Positions 54,039-64,000 of a stretch of DNA of 64,000 nt are shown here, piece by piece (within the stretch, counting starts at the first letter, position 1; each line of letters starts with the position of its first letter). This DNA comes from Macrostomum lignano (lineage: Eukaryota): NCBI GenBank assembly GCA_002269645.1, contig NIVC01000102.1:267950-331949 (forward strand), read 5' to 3'. Under the pieces are notes generated by a model, which did not search any database, was not told where the DNA came from, and was given only the letters and a program-made list of their open reading frames with translations. A program made the position numbers and the translations under genes.

Positions 54039-55577
54039 AATGATTATGATAGTGATGATGATGATGATGATGACGACATTAATTATAAAGTTAAGCATTA
54101 TGGCAAAGTTCACCTCGTACGGGCAACCAGACCGAGCTCGACCAACGAGCTCAGAGTGAGCTTCAGCTTCCAAGAGAAAGACATAATGAGACGGCTGAGC
54201 ACAGTCCAGGGCCAGCTGTTCACACTCATCAAGTTCATCTTCAAAAGACACTTGCCGCTCACTCTGGACACACCTGGACTCAAGACCTACCATGCAAAGA
54301 CTCTGCTCTTCACAATGCTGGAGAAGCATGGCACAGATCCTGAAACTGAGGCTTGGAAGCCCCACAATCTGATCGCTCTGCTCAACGAGTCTCTCGACTT
54401 GATGCTGAGCTTCATCGACTCGAGCAGCTCGCCCGATGAATGCATGCCGCACTTCTTCATGCCCGACGCTCCGCTCTACTTCAAGAACGCTGGAATCGGC
54501 GGCGACTTCGACAACACGAAGGCGAGGGTTCGAGACCGACTTTGTGAGCTGAGAAGCGACATCGGCGGAGTGGTCGAGCAGCTGAGGAGACTCGTGAGGC
54601 CTCTGCGGTCAGAGAAGTTCTACTTTCACCCGTTCACTCTGCTGCCTCTGACAGCGCCGCCTGCTGTCACGGAGATCAGGAAAGGACGTGGCTCTCAACA
54701 ATTGTACTGCAAGTTCGCAGACGTGTACAGTTTGGTGCACCAGTGTGTGAGCGAGCTGCAGTCGGAATCGAGCGACAGAGACACCCTGATGAGGCAGCTC
54801 AGTCTCCTGCATGAGCTTCAGTGGTGCAAGTGCGCCGCCCTGTGCATGACCGCCATGGCGCATTTGAAGTTTGGAGAATCTGAGGAGGCTGAGAGACTCG
54901 CGATGGAGCTTCAGAGACATCAGGCTGAGTCAGGGTTGAGGCCACAGGATATTCGAGACGAGAGTAGCGACTGGAGTATATTGATAAAATTGCAAACAGA
55001 TTCAGACTGGGCGTGGAGGTTCTGCCTCCCTTGCGACTCTCCGCCTCGCTTCCCATTCCTTCCCGAGTTCACGCAGACTCTGTTCACAACCAGACTGTCG
55101 CAGCCTCTCTCCTCCCACCTGTACGTGAACTTCCGCTGCCTGAGCTGGAGTCTCCAAGCTGAGCTGCTCCGCAATCGCGCACCTGCAATCGCATTCGATC
55201 ATTGGATTGAACAGCTGCTTGGAGACCCGGACTTGGAGGAGCTGCTCACTCTGGCTCACTACAGCAACTGCCGCGAGCACATGGAGCTCAGCCTGCAGCA
55301 GATGGAGATGATCAAGAAAGAGAGACGCGTCGCCATTGAGACGCAGGACGAGGAGAAGATCGGCTGGGTCAGGCAGAAGCGGTGGCGAGTTTCGAACCGC
55401 AGCGGCAGCGACAGCGGCGCTCACCGCAGCAGGGAAGATGAGGAGCGGAGGCTGTGGGCGAGGGCGAGGCTGCGGCGAGACGCGGCCGACTTGGGGCGCC
55501 TTGTTGCCATGGAAACAGCAGCGGAGCAGAGAGAGAGCTTGACTCACGCCAAGCTCAGTCGGATGAGACTGCAGTGA
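51360..55577 (+). CDS. Ankyrin-repeat / Mab-21 (cGLR) nucleotidyltransferase, copy 3; exons 51360-52609, 52684-52725, 52821-53200, 53857-55577; ~1130 aa (alternative ATG at 51342)
   Basis: Same exon phases and splice sites as copies 1 and 2; open frame; GSYAEG..DSDID; five 33-aa repeats; in-frame poly-Asp tract. Confidence 0.88.
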
Positions 55578-55596
55578 TCTGAAGACTTCGTTGCTC

Positions 55597-56358
55597 TTGA
55601 AGTACTTTTGGTTTTCCTGGGGTGGTCTAGTAGGTTTTCAAATCCCACCGCTGCCCCCAATGTTGTACCTGTGCTTCTCCTGCTGTCTAGCACAGTGATT
55701 TGGGCTAACCGGCTTTAACCGGAAGCCTTCTATTAGCTCTTAGTAGCATAGGTAGTGCTGCCACCAGTTTTTTAGGTCTCGGCCTTTGCTGAGGGGAGCT
55801 TCCCGTCAAAACGAAATAAACAAGTCAACGAACTCAGCACAGCGTGCAGATTTGCAGATTAATTAACAAGGCGTCCTGGTGGTCAGCAGATCCCACCGGG
55901 CTCAGGGGGTTGTGGGGAAGACAGTGCTAGCCTCCTTTAGGCTTGGGCGTCTAAGTTTAGTCAGGCCAATTACAGATAGCTTAAATGGGGAACTGAACTA
56001 AGTCTGGAAAACTAGACTAAAGAAGAACAAGAAGACTCCGAATCTTTGACTGAACCAAGGGTGAGGGGCACGTATTTATGGGTAGGAAATCCCCGCTGCA
56101 ACAGTGTGTGCCAGACCTCGTGACTCTGTTCTATTTTTAGAACTGACGTCACCCTCCGCCTTAGAGAAGGCAGGGTCTGCGGGTAAAGTGCAGAGGGCCG
56201 CATGACTCAGTATCTATTTTTAGAAACAAGAGTCACCTATTACCTTAGAGAAGGCAACGGCCCCGAAGTGATTCCTCCCGTAAACACGGGCAAACGAGCC
56301 ATGTTAAACATGTTTACTGCACTTTAGGACTTCGAGAAAACAAGACTTGTCAGGTGAC
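55597..56358. mobile_element. Unclassified ~760-bp insertion with putative 6-bp TSD
   Basis: Interrupts sequence that is contiguous in unit 1 (GACTTCGTTGCTC|AGATTT, ~21340); TTGCTC lies at 55591-55596 and 56359-56364. Confidence 0.45.
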
Positions 56359-56898
56359 TTGCTCAGATTTATAAGTTTTGCTGGACCGGAATTTTAGACC
56401 CAGCTACTTAGTACTTTTACCGTTCTGTTTTCCTGTTTTCCTTACCGTTGTATTTATTTGATTCATAAGTTTTGTACATACTCTTGGGTTATTGTGCATA
56501 GATCTTCCATTGTGGCTGACTCAGTTGCACTTTTAGGAAATGAGCACATCGAGAGCCATCGAGTTCCAGCAGCCTTCCTGCAGTGAACTGCAATTTTGTA
56601 CATTCGTGCTGCGATTAAATTCGCACTGCATGCTGAATTGCTTTTTCGGTTCAAGCTGCGTGTCTGCTTTGATGCGGGCTTTTCTCTGCGATTTTGTTCT
56701 GCGGACTTCAATACCCAATTGCCAATGCTTTTAATGAAATATTCAAGCCAAATGTGCAGTAGCAGTTTTCTGCATGAAACTTGAAAATTTAAAGGTCGGC
56801 TTGGTCAGGGAGATGCTGGAGAGACTTGATGCAGCAGCTTAAGTTGAATTCGTAATTTTGTCAGCTTCTCTGGCTTTTGCGCGAGCTGTTTGAGTTGT

Positions 56899-57068
56899 TC
56901 ACAGTCACCAATGAGTGAGTCACCAATCTGGCCTCAGCTCACAGTCACCAATGAGTGAGTCACCAATGTGGCCTCAGCTCACAGTCACCAATGAGTAAGT
57001 CACCCATGTGGCCTCAGCTCACAGTCACCAATGAGTGAGTCACCAATGTGGCCTCAGCTCACAGTCAC
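56899..57068. repeat. 40-bp minisatellite
   Basis: About 4 units of TCACAGTCACCAATGAGTGAGTCACCAATGTGGCCTCAGC. Confidence 0.88.
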
Positions 57069-59439
57069 TTCAAAAGCAGGTAACAAAGCCGCAGGTCGCT
57101 ATGGCAACAAAGCATTTTATCTCCAAACCCGCGCACCAGAGGAGCCGCGAGTGCCGCAGGTGCGCAGCCGCGGTGTTTCTTAGAAATTTTATTTCCGCTC
57201 TGATGCCAGTTAGAAAAAAGCACAGGGAAGGTCAGAAGCCGCCGCTGTCGCTGCCTGACTCGGGGTGATCACATGATATGTGATATGAGTAGCTAACCGA
57301 ACAGATGAGCGCATATGTTCCAAAGAAGAGAAGCAAAAAGCAACTGCCAATCAAAATCCTTCTAGCAGACGAGTAGCGGCCCAGAACGCTTCTTCTGACG
57401 CGGCGAGCGAGATGCTTGCGAACGGCTGCCAATAGGCACTCCTTGCCAATGGCAAATCCGTAGCGCCGGGACTTCTGCGCTAAGAAGACCAGGGGCGACA
57501 GGCGGCAAAGGCAGATGAACAGGGCAACGAGGCTGAACCTTACGGGTGGGTCTCTTCCCCGGTCCAGCTGGTCCTTATCGGTGCTTTCTGGACCAGGCAA
57601 CTCTCGCGCTGTCCTTCGGAAGCTCCTTTCAGCCAGTGACTGCTGCAAGAGAATCACCAATCACTTACATGTATATTCAATAATTGAATATCTCACCTTG
57701 GTCTTTTTTATGCGATGTTGCAAAGCAATTTCAATGACAAGTCTGACTCACCGACCCGTGCATCAGCTGCTCAACCTTCTCTCTCGTGCCCCTGTGGTCG
57801 CAAATGGCTCGCCTGTGTCTCTGAACCAGTTGGACAAGCAGGTAGCAGGCCTCGCAAAGCTCAAGAGTTACAAGCAGCTCCTGAACGTCTGGACTCGCAC
57901 AGCGGAGAGTTTCTTCAAACGACAGTTTAAGTTTCACATCGTGATCCAGATCTCTGTGAATCTGAGCGCTTTTGTGACTCTCTTTCGAACTTTCTGGTTC
58001 CATCTTCCACAGCCTCGCAGGCTGTGTTTGAGTCGATCTGTTCGCAGAAAGTTTTGTTAAGTTAAAGTGGTTCAGTCAGTTGTACGAGCACAATTTAGCA
58101 ATTAATTATAAGTCATTAAGCATAATATTATATGTAATACAATTTTGTGACTGTGACTGTATTGGTATTAGGAATAGGGACTATTTGAATGCATTAGTGA
58201 TTCGTAGCGTTATAAAAGGTTGACGGGGTGTAGGACGCTTTACTCGTGGGCTCTTACACAAAGGGAAAGACAGAGGTGAGAGAATAGCTGCAGGACTTGA
58301 ATGAATGGTTTCGAGGGCAATTGAATCATTGTCAATGCAAGCATGATTTGAACACATTTTATCTCACCTATCCACGACATTCTATTCGAATCGCCTTATT
58401 ACATGCCATAAAAGTCCCTCGGTTGTTACTTCTGGGTTTATTGCGGGAGTAGTATTATCTAAATCGTTGGTTGAGTTTGGTGACAGTACTCCGAATGCCG
58501 CAATGTTTTCCGCCAACTTTTTATCTGCACAAAGTGCCGCATCGTCTTTAAAAAGGTAGCCGTTTACTGCATCGCTGCGCCAGTCGCCGTTGCACCGGAT
58601 TTCCCGGACCTTGAAGTTGACCCTGGCTGCCAAGTGGCCGCAACTCTTTGCAGGATGTGCTCTGAGTACTGATGCCAGCAGGGCTGAGACAGGTCTTAAA
58701 GTGCTGTGAGTCTTGACGTCTTGACGTCTGGTGCTCTGATGAGCAATTGACGGAAGAAAACAGACCCTGCTGCGACAGCCTCAAACGATTGCAGCGGATG
58801 TAGTCCTGCAGTGCCGCAACGGGACAGAGCGGACGGACGTCCGGGTGTCAGTGCTGGCGGCAGCACGCTGTGCGTCCCCGCGGAACTGGTTAGTTTTTCC
58901 GCAGCAGGAAAACGAGCAGCAGAATTTCTTTGCACTTTGACAGCGAGCTCAAACTCAGGCGGATCAACGCTGGATAACTCGACTCGCTGGCAGCAGGCTG
59001 GACTTCCTGAACATTCTCCATCAGAGGTGCTCACGGCAGTAGGAAACATTGCAGTAGGTGGCAGCCAGGCGCCCCCCAGCGGCCCTGTAGAAGCAGTATG
59101 GCCCCACATTGAGGCTTTCCAAAGCGGGGCTGAACGGGATGAACAGAGGCTTGGGATCTGCAGGTGAGAAATAGAATAAATCGTAAAGTTAATCAATGCC
59201 CGAGCATGCCAGAGCATCAAATGTACTCAACTACTGTAATTGACTATTACGTTTGCATAGGGGCGCATTGCGCAAGTGTTTTCTATAGGACTAGATACGC
59301 AGTTGTAAGGTGCTCAGGTGTGACAGCTAACATCCCAGCCAGAGCTGCTGCCCTATCACAGCAGGATGAACTGCAGCTCAGCCTCAGCAGATGTGGCATA
59401 ACAACAGCAAACAACAAAATACGCGACCTAGCATGCAAA

Positions 59440-59725
59440 GTCACAGAGCAGGGCGCGTAAGACGACGCAAAGCCTGAGAGCAAAAAAAGTCCGCTCCGTT
59501 GGCAGTGTCGGGCGCCCCAGCGTCGCACAGCAGGCAGTCCACGTATCGACGGGTTCGGCCTGACCCCGCCTGAACGGACCCTGCAAGGTGAGCAGCAGGA
59601 CGTCCTGAACAGGTTGGAGGCAGTAGCCCTCGGCCCGGTTCATGTGGCCCGCCAGTTGAAGTCGCCGCCAGCGCAGGATGATGGACAGGCGCTGCAGCTT
59701 GGCCTGATCGTACAGGGCCTCGGTC
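59440..59725 (-). mobile_element. RTE-like LINE 3' fragment
   Basis: LRWRRLQLAGHMNRAEGYCLQPVQ; same family as 62740-62900. Confidence 0.65.
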
Positions 59726-59846
59726 CCAACGCTCTCGTCAGCTCAAAAGGCCGCACGGAGCAGCCCTGAGTGCGCCATGTGCATAAATACCACGCACATA
59801 CAGAATATAAACTCTTGATCACACAAATGCACTCATGACCGCTCAC

Positions 59847-60141
59847 CCAGACTCCGCACCAGATAGACGCTGAATGCCCTCTCGCCTCCGCAGATCTCTT
59901 TAGCATCACCTGGACAGCGAACTCCGCAGGCGGAGTTCTCCAACTTGAGGCTGTTGTTGCCAGGCAGCTCGTTGCCGCAGTAGCAGATGGCGCCAGCCAG
60001 CAGGCTCATGTACCTGTAGGCAGCGTTGTAGCAGCACTCGGCGCACAGGCTGAGCCGGAGCCGGTCAAACATGAAGCCGCTCAAGCACTCATGCTGCTGC
60101 AGCCCTGGGCCATATCCGGCGCCTGCGACCCAGCAGCCGAT
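59847..60141 (-). CDS. WSC-domain exon, probably of the DEG/ENaC-like locus
   Basis: IGCW..CAECCY..Y..L.AG..CYCGN..C...CPGD..EICGG..AFSVY, flanked by an AG acceptor and a GTGAGC donor. Confidence 0.75.
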
Positions 60142-62739
60142 CTTTTATAAAAAAGATTTAATTCCTCTGAAATTTTTTTATCCCCTAATAGTTTGCTGAA
60201 ACAGAGCAAACGAAACAGAATCGGATGTTTTTTATGCACCTCTGTGCGCCACTCAGCACTGCGCCTCAGTGCGGCCTTGCCTTCGAATTTCATCACAACG
60301 TAGAAATTTTCGAATGGTGTCACCAGTTGAAGCACAGAAAGCGTCGGGGATAACTACATGCTTGAGAAATCCGTTGAGGAACGACGTCACAACACTGAGG
60401 TAGGTGTACTGAATGCACTGGGGCTCACGGAAACAGTCATAGCACCTGGCTGACTGGTTGAATATCTCGACGGTCCGAAGGGCTGGTAACTTGATTCTTT
60501 CTTGAGAAGGTGCACAACAGAATTTTGGCCCCCGTTCTCAAATTTCGTGAGCCTGAGCTGCTCTAGGTTTGTTCAAAAGCACCGACCAAAATAACATTGA
60601 AATTCTTCAACTGAACTATTTAAAAGCAAGTCTATTTACGTGAATCTATTTATTATCGTATCCGTAATAGAACCTTTGAAATGCCCACCATTTGACCCCT
60701 CACGCGTCGCATTGTCGTGGAAGGCGGTGAGCGGCAGGCCGGGCGGGTGCCTGCAGCTGCGGTGGCTGTCGGCGAAGCCAGCAGCGACCAGCCAGTTGGT
60801 GCAGTCCGGCCGCCTACAGCTCCCGGGCGGCTTCATCCCAGCCGATGCAGTCGCTGTAGCTCACATGTGGCGGCAGGTCTTTCCACCAGGCAAAATTTTT
60901 AGAATAGATACTAGAACGATATTTTACGCGTTTAACAACGACGGAAGCATTATACACGGCCACCCGGGATAGGTTGCCGCGGTACTCTTCTCCATCCGGA
61001 GTTATTCGGCACGCATCCAAAGGCGCTGCAACGGAAACGGGGTCGAATTTTAAAAAATACACACCGCTAGGGCTCAAAATGGGCCCCTTCCCTAATCCCC
61101 TATGTCACGGGAATATCATCCAAACGTACATTCCAAATATCTTGTCAGAATTTTATTCAAAAAGACTTCTGAGGCCATCTAAAATTTCTGAAGTTGTCTG
61201 AGATGGTAGAATGAAAAAGCAAGGAAGACGTCTCAGATTAAACTGATACTTTTGTTGTGAGCTAAGCCTCACAATGCCTTGAACCGACTCTTGCACTCTC
61301 CGCCTCTCCTCTCCTTGCCGTTCATTCTAGACTAAAGCCGCTTTGCTTGTTTTCGTTTAAGATTTCTCGTAGTTTGTAATTTCATTGGCTGCCCCTTTCC
61401 GTTCCTCTCCCATTTTGGCCCGAGGAGGCACCAGATTGGCTGGCCTTCCCCTCTTTCTCTCTGGAGTGTCTGTACAAATCGGGGGTTCATTGGGAGTACA
61501 TTTGACAGGCCCGGAACAGTTCAGTACCCGAACCCGATCAACCCCGTCTGGGGTCCTCACGGACGGTAGCAGAAAATGCAACACTGGCTTCATTTGTACG
61601 TTCGGAAGTCTAGAGGATGAGAATTTAGGGCAAGAAACGAAAACTTCTTTATCTCGATAGTGGTTAAAAGGGTCGAAATTTCTGCATTCTAAATTCTCTC
61701 TCCATCTATCTCTCCTTGTTTAGTATCAAAAGTGATTCAATATTTCAGCTTTGTGATTTTCGGTGATGGCCTGAAATAATTAAAAGCTAGTCAAAGAGTA
61801 GTCAAGCACTTAAGGTTATTTGATAACAAGCAAGTATGGCTTCGAATCTCGTTCATAATGCGCTTACTATACAGGAAAAAGTAGCATAGTCCAGGAGGAA
61901 TATGGATTCCTTGGCCCAGCCAATAGGAGCGCATTTCACACATTTCACGGAATTCTGCGGCCGTTCCGCGGAAATTTGACCCTTTCAAAGGACCCAGTTG
62001 TATGCACGATTTTCTGTAAGCTACTCAATTCACACTCACAGGTGTTATAATCATAATGTAGTGCATCAGTCACGTTCTCTTCCATAGCCTTGATTGCTTT
62101 CAGCAGCTCCACGGCGGGCGTGTTGTACCGAACGTTGTCTGATTTGAGAATGTCGAACTTCATCAGTCGCTTACAGTCGGAGTTGCAGGTGGTCAGCCGA
62201 GTCAAGAATAAGATGTCCGTCTGAGGACTGACTCGGCTCATGGTCACGGTGTCGGTGGGACAGAAGTACACGTCAGAAACTCGAATGGCAGCGTGGTAGA
62301 CAAGCTGGTGGAGAGCGGCACACTGGCGAACTGCAGGCCCAGGGTGTGCACATGTGGTAGGTGAACCCGCCGTAGGTGCCCAGCAGGAAGCAGAGCCACA
62401 GGGTTCTGCCGAAGGTGCTGGCCTGGGCCCCGAATCTGCCCAGTCCGTGGGCGGTGGTGCAGCTGCAGAACTCATTCAGGTAGCTGCGAATGGCGCTGCC
62501 GTCAGATGCTTCGTTGCTCCTCTCGGACATTAGTAGAGTTATCCTATTGAAGTGTATCTGCACAAATCCAAAACGCATAGATTTTGAGCTGAGCCGCCAG
62601 TTGCTCAGTATTAAAGAGGCACTCCCATGCAGCTGGATAATTACCGCCATTTTTATAAGCAGCAGTCATGCAGCCTAGTTTGTCAAGATTTATCCGACTT
62701 CATGAGCTCCAACAGTATAACAACAAAATACAACAAAAT

Positions 62740-63570
62740 ACGCTGTCAGGATGGCAAAAGTCAGCGTCACAGGGCGCGCTTCATGGCTGCACCGGCTGTG
62801 GGCAGTACGAATCGGCGCGGATGAGATGGCCTGCGAGCTGGAGTCGCCGACGGCGCATTAGATCGCTTGGACGTGGCAGGCCAGCGCGGTGATAGAGTGC
62901 CGCGTTGTTGACTCGCTCGAGGCCGATGTTGAAGGCGGCGCGCAGCAGCTGCCAGCGTGCGCCACGTCGACTTGCTGTTCGAGTGAGTCCGTCAGCGTCC
63001 AGGTCTCGGCGTTGTAGAGCAAGACGGTCTCGATTACCACCTGGAACAGCGCCGCCCTCTGGCGGTCCGGTAGGGCCTCAGACTGCAGGACTGCCCTCAC
63101 AGAACGAAAGGCAGCCAGGTTCAGCGGGTTGCGCCGCTTTTGCCCCGTCAGAGCGTTGATGGCGGACCAGGCCACGCGCCCTCTGGCATCGGGCCCAGCG
63201 GCAGAGACAGCCTGAATGGCGTCATCGACAGCCGCTTGTTGGCGCTGCAGGTAGATAGCTGCCAGAGCTGCCTCTGCCTCGCGGGTTGGTCGCCTGCTCA
63301 AGTGGAGCCTCTCCAGATCTTCCCTCGCTGCCTGAATCGCGGGGTCGTCCTGCCAGACCGGCTGCCCACGTTGAGCCGGTTGCATCATCGGGACTGCTTG
63401 CTCAGCGGCGGTTCTGACTGCAGCGCACACTTCCGCATACTCTACACTTCCACGCTTGTCGCCCAGCGCAGTGTTAAAGGCGCTAGCAAAGCGACGCTGC
63501 GTATCGGTGGCTCTGAGCGCGCGGTAGTAGCGCCGTGGTGGCCGCTTCGGCGGACGGTAGAGCGTCCAAC
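62740..63570 (-). mobile_element. Internally deleted RTE-like LINE
   Basis: The pre-RT segment (VAWSAINALTG) is joined directly to the post-RT segment (VLLYNAETWTLT; RRRRLQLAGHLIR); no RT core. Confidence 0.7.
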
Positions 63571-64000
63571 AGTATGTAATTAATTATATAGGGTTTGAAA
63601 TTAAAAATTGCATTCACGACATTTCCAGCCTCCTCAACTCGGGCCTCTCAGGCGGTGCAGTTGGCATGGGTGGGGGCTGCATAACTGCATAATTAGCCGC
63701 TCATTAAAATCAAGTTGGCATTTCATTTCAGCTAAGCCTCAAAGCCACTCTATCTACACTGCATATAGAATTGACTAGCAAGCGCCACTGTCAATTTAAA
63801 TGAGCTGGCGTATCCAGCAATTGAGCAAATTAAGTATGACGAAGAATTTCCTCAAGCACTACTGAACCAGTGACTACCAGCTACTTAAGTTGAGTAGTCC
63901 TTGTACCGAATCGCAGCTTTTAAAACTGTCAGAAGGGGCTGCCGAGTGACGCAGGACGGGCAGGTCTGATCCAGCCGTGTTCACATGAAACTGGCATACA

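Larger units (their letters stand above)
57740..62520 (-). pseudogene. Degenerate DEG/ENaC-like channel gene with kringle-like and WSC exons
   Basis: Pre-TM1/TM1 FCSCTTAHGLGRF..RTLWLCFLLG; after frameshifts LQFASVPLSTS..F(P)DVYFCP (FPAVTIC-like); late Cys motif C.QPCWHQY..ATWQP near 58620-58690. Several frameshifts and stops; the 3' boundary and TM2 are uncertain. Confidence 0.5.

Noticed and set aside
57232-57660. STING-like effector next to the cGLRs
   Set aside because: A hydrophobic segment is present but there is no STING-type GLAWSYYxGYL motif; the identity is unresolved and it may belong to the decayed minus-strand channel locus.

Overview
Eukaryotic, intron-containing animal DNA; its style suggests a free-living flatworm such as Macrostomum, which is inference only. 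Left to right: (1) a young Ty3/Gypsy Mag-like LTR retrotransposon on the minus strand (1-4585), inserted in a decayed LINE RNase H fragment that is also interrupted by a ~900-bp MITE; (2) a two-exon ~1436-aa TRP channel gene combining N-terminal ankyrin repeats with a TRPM-like channel region; (3) the main feature, a tandem array of three paralogous 4-exon genes. The ORF track shows them as separate ankyrin and orphan ORFs, but conserved GT-AG sites splice them in frame into single ankyrin-repeat + Mab-21/cGAS-like nucleotidyltransferase (cGLR) proteins of ~1040-1270 aa. They keep the catalytic motifs (GS..EG, DxD, third Asp), differ in 33-aa repeat number (10/7/5), and carry hypervariable patches, a poly-Asp insertion (copy 3) and a nonsense codon (copy 1); (4) many mini/microsatellites, including a 13-kb 23-bp satellite, that expanded differently in each duplicated unit; (5) a frameshifted DEG/ENaC-like locus on the minus strand carrying kringle-like and WSC exons, plus RTE-like LINE fragments.
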